DNA from: the human T2T-CHM13v2.0 reference genome, Homo sapiens
Length of the DNA: 64,000 bases
Assembly: GCF_009914755.1 (NCBI RefSeq)
Contig: NC_060933.1
Reading direction: 5' to 3' (one strand)
Shown here: in pieces, positions 56,061 through 64,000 of the stretch
How the letters are laid out: the number at the start of each line of letters is the position of its first letter
How positions within the stretch are numbered: position 1 is the stretch's first letter
Program-made: the position numbers and the translations under genes
The notes under the pieces: generated by a model
The model's input: the letters and a program-made list of their open reading frames with translations, nothing else
What the model was told of the DNA's origin: nothing
Database searches by the model: none

Positions 56061-57631
56061 TGTGGGGCACATAATGTAAGATATAACCAGGACACAAGAA
56101 AAACTATCTTGGGGGAAATGAGGTATCAGAAACATTTTTGTCTGGATAAGAGTAAGAGATGTGCCTATTTCCACCAGTCCCCCTTTCTGAACAGTGAGAG
56201 TGAGCTAGTATTGGAAGTGCATTGAGAAGGAAGTAAGATATCTAAAGGAAAAAAAAGAAGGATATAAGTAAAAAAAAAAAATACTGCATTTCACAAACTT
56301 TGTTGAAAGAGATACTAGTTACAGGACATATTTTCTTGCTGTCCTGAGAAAGTAGTACATTGTAAAATGTATAAAAATTAATATACAAATTAGCATATTA
56401 ATTATTGTATATAATTATCTTAAATTTATGTAATATAGCATTTTAAAAATTATTTGAAAAGAGAACAGTTTTCCAGAGAGTGTGTATATATACACACACA
56501 TATATAATATAAAAATATATATTATATATATGCCATACTCATTTGAGTAATAGTCATTATCTGGGTGTGGTTATCACAAATGATGTTTTTCTGTTGCTTT
56601 TCTAAAATTTCTAAATTTTGATGATGTATGTAGTGCCTACTATATGTTGAGTTGAAAATGGGTTCAGTTATCTAATATATTATGTATACATTAAGACACC
56701 ATCATATGCTTATATATTTCTGAATATACGATAATTATAACTTGTTTCTGGGTGCTAGGATTACAAGCTTTTTGTTGTTACAATTTTAACGAGCACTTAT
56801 TTGAGAAGTGATTGGGAGAACTATATATGAGAATTCAGGTTGCTCAAATATGTATCAGCTTACCAGAAGTTAAGCAGATGATACATATAAAATAGAAACC
56901 AATTTAATAGAGAGAGACAGAGGATGAAAAAGGAGATGACAGATATTGAAAACACAGAACACAGAAGTAGAACTGAATTAATAAACAAGAATAAGTTGTT
57001 TATTTCAATTCACTTGGTTTATAACTCTTTACAAAAAGATTTGAAAGAATTAAAGAAAACTTTTCAAAACTCCAAAAAAAGTGTTGAGATTGAATTCACA
57101 ATGACCTCAGTACAATTGTTAAGGAAATAGTCTTAAATTTCAAGGAAAAAGAGGGTTTTTTTTTCTATGTCTATAAGAGAACAAAAGCAAACTCTTTCAA
57201 AGAAGCCAAAGCATTATTGTTTCAGAGTTCTCTGCTGTGACACTCAACTTCAGACACTAACAGAGGAATAACTTCAGAGTCTTACAAAAAAGAGGTGTGA
57301 TCCAAGAAAAAAAGAGGTGTGATCCAAGAACTCTGCTTTACCCAAGCAAGTTGTAATTCACATATGAAGATGAGAGAAAAATGATTTCAGATCTGTGAAC
57401 TTTCATAAAATTTACCATCAAAATACCCCTTTTATTCTGCAGAGGTTGAAAAAATAAAATAGAATTATAAATAAATAAGAGAACTTCTGTACATGGACAT
57501 TCATTACTATACACCAAAATCAGGAGAATAACTCTTTATTTTAAAAAGATAATCCTCTGTTAGCATAAAGTATAAGTACAAATACCTATAACTATAAATA
57601 CCTATAGCTATAAACATATTAAAAGTTATCA

Positions 57632-57911
<280 letters not shown>

Positions 57912-58050
57912 AGAAAGAGAGAAAGAGAGAGAGAGAGATAGAGAGACAGAGAGAGAGAGAGAGAGACAGAGAGGAAAGGAGGAAAGGAGGAGAGGAGAAA
58001 GGGAGGAAGGGAGAAAGACAGGAAGATGAAGATGAAGATGAAGAGAACGA
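57912..58050. repeat. GA-rich simple repeat, (GA)n/(GGAA)/(GAAGAT)n, derived from the Alu tail
   Basis: Seen directly. Confidence 0.9.
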
Positions 58051-59004
58051 AAGATAAATTCTGACCATTACAGCTACTTTGTGTGTGTGTGAGGAGAGCA
58101 TACAGAATAAGGTACACCCCTATATCACAGATTAAAAGGGAAGGAAATAAAAATTATAATAGAAATGCATAAAGGTCCTAGTGACCTAATTATGATTTGA
58201 ATCCAATCTTATAAAATAAAAATTAACTTTTTAAATATTTTTTAAAGTAGAAAAAAAAACTCATCGTCTCATGTAACCCAGAGATAAAAGGATATTTCAA
58301 TGTAACAACGGTAATGTCAGTAGGCTAAAAACATTAAATTGCTTATCATTAAAAAATTCCAGGTGAAAATTTGACATCCCTCCCAATAAAATACTTTTGA
58401 AAAATAAAATAAAATACTATTTTAGAAATAGTCATATAGCCTAAAACTAACATTACAATCAATGACAAAATGATGGTCAAAGACCCCTTCAAATTCAGTA
58501 ACAAACAAGGCTATGAATCACAACCAATATTGCTCAACATTATAGGGAATCCTGCTAATTTAAAAGACAGAGCAAATAAAAATATGTGTTATAAAGGTGA
58601 ATAGTGTTATTTATAGAAAACACTGAGTGCCTTGGAAGGTATCAGATTAATTCCCACTAATAACAATAAAGAAAGTCAATAATGAATCCTGGTTAGTAAT
58701 ACACAATCAAATAATATTTATGTAATTCAGCAAAGATCATTAGCACACACAACAGACATTTGTTTGCTTATAACAACAGCATATGTACATGACATGTAAA
58801 ACCTTTGCCACCTGCCACACTAGCCGCAACAAAGTTCTTTTAGATAACTCCCCTGCGCAAAAAAGGAGGTGTTCATAACATTTTTTTGAGTCCAAGTAGA
58901 TGCAAATAAATGGAAATACATATAATGAACTGGGGTCGCTCTATTAATACCATATCACTATAGTAAATATATAGGCTTACCACAATTCCACCTACTAAAG
59001 AGTG

Positions 59005-59392
59005 TCGTCATGTGCCACATGACATTTCAGTCAATGACAGACTGCTTATACAACGGTGGTCTCATAAGATTATACCGGAACTGAAAAATTTCTATCACCT
59101 GGTGTTATTGTAGCCATTGTAACTTCATACTGAAAAGCATCACCTTTTCTGTGTTTAGATAGGTTTATATACACAAATACCTACACTGTGCTACAATTCC
59201 CTACAGTACTCAGTACAGCAACATGCTGTACAGGCTTGTAGCCTAGAAGAACCAGGCTATGCCATATAGCCTAGGTGTGTAGGCTATACCATGTAGGTTT
59301 GTGTAAGCACATTCTCAATTTCACACAATGCTGACCTCACCTAACATGGCATTTATCAGAATATGTCTTCATTGTTAAGCAGCGCATGACTG
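59005..59392 (+). mobile_element. Tigger3 (GOLEM/MER7)-derived MITE
   Basis: gtcatgtgccacatgacatttcagtcaatgacagactgc…acatgctgtacaggcttgtagcctag…ttaagcagcgcatgactg terminal inverted repeats. Confidence 0.9.
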
Positions 59393-59659
59393 TTTATACA
59401 GATCCTAAATACTATAAACTAACTGCTACACAGTTCCAAATAGTAAATACTATATGAATATAAAAATGCATAGATTTAGGAAAATTTCAAATACAATCAA
59501 AATACAGTTTTAGAACTATGATTACCGATTGAAAAACTTATGTGGAGAAATGAATGAGCGAAACTAAAAATAGCAATTCTCAATTTGCAGTAGCTGGGGA
59601 TACTACTGTGATGCCTCTTGCCTATGATTTGTTGAATGATAAATCTTTTCTTCACGGTA

Positions 59660-59830
59660 TTTGTTTCTATCCTCCAACAATCAGATGAGGTAAGTACTTT
59701 TATTATGATTTCTCTGTTTTATTCATACAATGAGAAAACTGATGCTCAGGAAGCCTAATATCTAGCCTGAAATTATACTAGCGAAATAATGGAGTCAGTA
59801 TTTGAATGCAGGCAGACTTCACTGCTTCTC
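59660..59830 (-). mobile_element. MIR SINE
   Basis: atcctccaacaatcagatgaggtaagtact…tgagaaaactgatgctcagga. Confidence 0.7.
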
Positions 59831-59871
59831 TCTCAATTATTTGAAGATAAATATCATAAAAGAAATTTTAT

Positions 59872-60203
<332 letters not shown>

Positions 60204-60679
60204 CTAAAGTGAAAATCAGAAATGTAAAGCAGAATTCAGACTTCGAGCATCTGAAAACTTCACATAAAGTTTAAAAAATGGTAAAGTAAGCTTCTCAAAT
60301 ACAAAGGGGGAATTATGACTAGATGGCTTAGTGGCAAAACCTGCATAGCAATTCAAGGAAAGGGAGAAATAGAAGCATAATTCACATAAGGCTTTAAAAT
60401 AATTTTCAGACTGGACTACAAAACTTGCCACCAAGCAGGTGTGAGAGATGTAGATGCTGAATGTCCAGAGGATGCACTCTTTTCTAGGAAACTATGATAG
60501 CAAATACTATGAGCATATTAGAGTTCCCCGGGAACCACATAGATGATGGCAACCATCCATCAACCTTTATCCAATCCACTCTGACCTGTGACTATCCTCA
60601 CTCAGAAGACATTGCCAGTTGTTTTGAAGTGTGCTATGACCAAGCACCAAGAAGTTTCTAGTCTATCAATGTTAACAGA

Positions 60680-60900
60680 GTACAGTGAGAAGAGTATACA
60701 ATTTCACTACTTATGGGGGCAGATAAAAAACTTGGCTCTACTCTCAATAGTTGTGGGATGTTAGATCTGGCATCTGCCAAAAGGGAATAAACCTGTCAAT
60801 ATACTGTGTTGTTTTAAGAATCTGTAACAATTTGCTTGTGAAATATCTGCATAATTCCTGGAACAGCAATTAAGTTGTTTTCCTATCATATTATTACGAA
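60680..60900 (+). mobile_element. MIR relic
   Basis: cttggctctactctcaatagttgtgggatgttag…catctgccaaaagggaataa…gttgttttaagaat. Confidence 0.55.
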
Positions 60901-61369
60901 TATGATGATAACCAAAATTATTATTATTGGCATCCTAAGAATCTTCTCCACAAGTCTTACTACACATGCACTGCACCCTCCCCATATTACTAAAACTCAA
61001 AATGAATAACAGATTTTAATAGACACTCCTTCATCTGCATCAAGGGGAAACTGCATGCACACAAATTTATTACTTACACAAAATTTTTAAATATATAAAC
61101 GTGTGTGTACATGTGTGATAGTTGTGATTAAAATTACAATTATATCAATATATATGTATGACAAAAATATACATTCCAAAAAAATGGATGATATATATGT
61201 GTGTAAACACAACACAATAGAGATGCAAATTGTAATGGAGTAGAGAGAGAAGAGGGAACAAATAAAATATAAAAGGATAGCTACATAGAAAATGTTTATC
61301 TAAAGCAAAGAAATATAAATTAAAAACAAACCTAATTTATTTTTGTCATCATTCAAGTAAAAAACATAA

Positions 61370-62183
61370 AGATACTTCTCAAAGGAGGCATTTATTTGGC
61401 CAGCTAACATATGAAAAAAAAATCTCATCATCATTGGTCATTAGAGAAACACAAATCAAAACCACAATGGGATACCATCTGATGCCAGTTAGAATGGCAA
61501 CCATTAAAAAGTCAGGAAACAACAGAGGCTGGAAAGGATGTGGAGAAATAGGAAAACTTTTACACTGTTGGTGGGAGTGTAAATTAGTTCAACCATTGTG
61601 GAAGACAATGTGGCATTTCCTCAAGGATCTAGAACCAGAAATACCATTTGACCCAGCCATCCCGTTACTGGGTATATACCCACAGGATTATAAATCATTC
61701 TACTCTAAAGACACATGCACATATATGTTTATTGCAGTACAATTCACAATAGCAAAACTTGTAACCAACCCAAAGGCCCACCAATGATAGACTGGATAAA
61801 GACAATGTGGCACATCTACACCATGGAATACTATGCAGCCATAAAAAAGGATGAGTTCATGTCCTTTGCAGAGACACAGATCAAGCTGGAAACCATCATT
61901 CTCAGCAAACTGACACAGGAATAGAAAACCAAACACCACATGTTCTCACTCATAAGAGGGAGGTGAACAATGAGAACACATGGACACCGGGAGGGGAACA
62001 TCACACACGGGCCTGTTGGGCAGTAGGGGGCCAGGGGAGGGATAGCATTAAAAGAAATACTTAATGTAGATGATGGGTTGATGGGTGCAGCAAACCACCA
62101 TGGCACATGTATACCTATGTAACTAACCTGCACATTCTGCACATGTATCCCAGAACTTAAAATATAATAAAAACATTAAAAAG
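61370..62183 (+). mobile_element. 5'-truncated L1PA7-like LINE
   Basis: ORF2 C-terminus (61434-61787, 61715-61924); 3' UTR aatgtagatgatgggttgatgggtgcagcaaaccacc…tatcccagaactt; possible TSD aaaacataaa/aaaacattaaa. Confidence 0.95.
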
Positions 62184-62299
62184 AATAAAGGAAGTCAGAG
62201 GGAAAGGCTTATTAAAACAAAACAGAACTCTTGAGAGGATGTCTTTCCTCTCAATGACAAATTCAGCATTGAATGTTTATGTATATTTATGCATATATA

Positions 62300-63070
62300 A
62301 GGTACTATGAGCAAAAATGAATGGTTACTAGGAAGGCAAAAATGGTGGAATATTATCCAATGAATACATTTAATTACTCAAAGTAATATATTAAAGAAGA
62401 AAGGTCATATATTCTTGCCCACAGATTCAGAAAGCCCATTTGACAAAAGTCAATATCCATTTATGGAATGGATGTAGAAGTAAGTGAATTAGAAAAAAAG
62501 TTATCCAGAATTGTAAATATAACTACCCAAAACCTATAGTAAATAACACACTTAATGCTGAAATTAAAAATTATCCTCTTTAAAGATAGGTATATAGTAA
62601 GTATGTCTACTACTCATGCCTTTATTCAAATAGTATACTAGATTTCATAGCTGGCAAAAGAGGTATACCAATCCAAATGGAAGAAACAAAAGACAAACAT
62701 TATGGTTGCCCATACAGAAAACAACTTCAGTTATGAAGTAGACCCAGACAACTTTCAGAATATTCAGCACTTTTTCATTCCTCTACACAAGCAACAAAAT
62801 ACCAGAAAATATTTTAAAAGTCAGCATTTATAAAAGTGTCTAAACTATCAGGTGTATGGCAAAAAATTGAACAAAATAATTGAAAAACATTATAAAACAG
62901 GACATAAGCGTGAAAGATGTGCAGAAGCAGAGAGAAATCCTTGCATTATTAGATGAAAAGATCATTAAAGATAGCAATGCACTAATTATACTAGATTCAG
63001 TGCAATTTCAGTCAAAATTCCAAAGGAAATTTTATGAAACGTGAAAAGCTCACACTAAAGTTCAGAGAAC
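62300..63070 (+). mobile_element. Old L1M ORF2 relic
   Basis: cagattcagaaagcccatttgacaaaagtcaatatccattt…tagattcagtgcaatttcagtcaaaattcca. Confidence 0.7.
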
Positions 63071-63074
63071 ACAG

Positions 63075-63810
63075 TCGGTGGCAATGTAAATTAGTATAGC
63101 CATTATGAAAAACAGTATGGCGCTTCCTCAAAGAACTAAAAATAGAGCTACTATATGACCAAGCCATTCTACTGCTGAGTATATATCCAAAAGAAAGAAA
63201 AACTGCATATAAAAGAGTTGTGTGCACTCCCACGTTTATCACAGCACTATTCACAGTAGCCAATATATAGAACCAACCCAAGTGTCCATGAATGAATGGA
63301 TAAAGAAAATGTCATATGTATACATAATGGAATATTATTCAGCCATAGAAACTAAAATCCTGACATTTGTAGCAACATGGATAAAACTGGAAGGCATTAT
63401 GTTAAGTGAAATAACCCAGGCATTGAAAGACAAATTTGCATGTACTCACTCATATGTGAGAGCTGAAAAAAAAAAAAAATCTCATGAAGGTAGTCAATAG
63501 ACTGGTGTTACCAGAGGCTGGGTAGGGTATTTGGGAGGGGGAATAAAGAGGCGTTGGTTAACAGGTAGTGTTTGGTACCAAAATAGGGGGCTTATATTTA
63601 ACAATGATTTATTGTATATTTCAGTAACTAGAAGATATGGAATAGTCCCAACACAAACAAATGACAAATGTTTGAGGTAATGGATGTGCTAAATACCCAC
63701 ATTTGATCATTAAACATTATATGTTTGTATCAAAATATAACACACACCACATAAATATGTACAACTATTAGGTATCCATAAAAAAATTAAAAACAAAAAT
63801 AAAAAATAAA
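63075..63810 (+). mobile_element. L1MA3/4-like 3' end
   Basis: ORF2 terminus, then gttaccagaggctggg…aaatgtttgaggtaatggat…ataaatatgtacaactatta; A-tail. Confidence 0.88.
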
Positions 63811-64000
63811 GCTCAGGGAACAGTGAAGACTCAAAAATAGCAATATAAGATGTATCTTATGTGAAGTATCAAAATCCATTATATAGCTAAAGTAGATAAA
63901 ATTATCATAGTAAATGGATTTCAATGTCAAGTTTATAAAAACCTTCTAAGAAAAACAGTCTGATGCAATCTATATAAAATATAAATACATAAAATTATGT

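Overview
AT-rich hominoid (human or great ape) genomic DNA; an SVA and a young L1PA2-type LINE fix the lineage. No complete protein-coding gene, RNA gene or native CpG-island promoter is recognisable. The long ORFs I can assign are L1 ORF2 remnants or Alu/SVA read-throughs, so the window looks intronic or intergenic. About half is transposon-derived: L1PA2, PA6, PA7, PA13-16, L1MA/MB/ME, 5 Alus, an old-subfamily SVA, MLT1 and ERV1-type LTRs, MER30/MER58/MER47/Tigger DNA elements, and many MIR/L2 relics. Subfamily names come from recalled consensus sequences, not a database search. Main non-routine signals: (1) a compound templated insertion at 31.3-31.56 kb inside a (TA)n tract, made of a perfect 30-bp palindrome, a 21-bp duplication and a permuted (end-joined-to-start) copy of sequence 1.4-2 kb upstream; (2) a tiny L1MB-type 3' end with twin-priming geometry and a possible 3' transduction, nested in an apparently younger L1; (3) a ~4.5 kb island without recognisable repeats (17.0-21.5 kb) holding several candidate small exons and a TF-motif cluster; (4) an SVA inserted in the A-tail of a ~30-bp L1 stub. 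I cannot support a claim of a new biological system.
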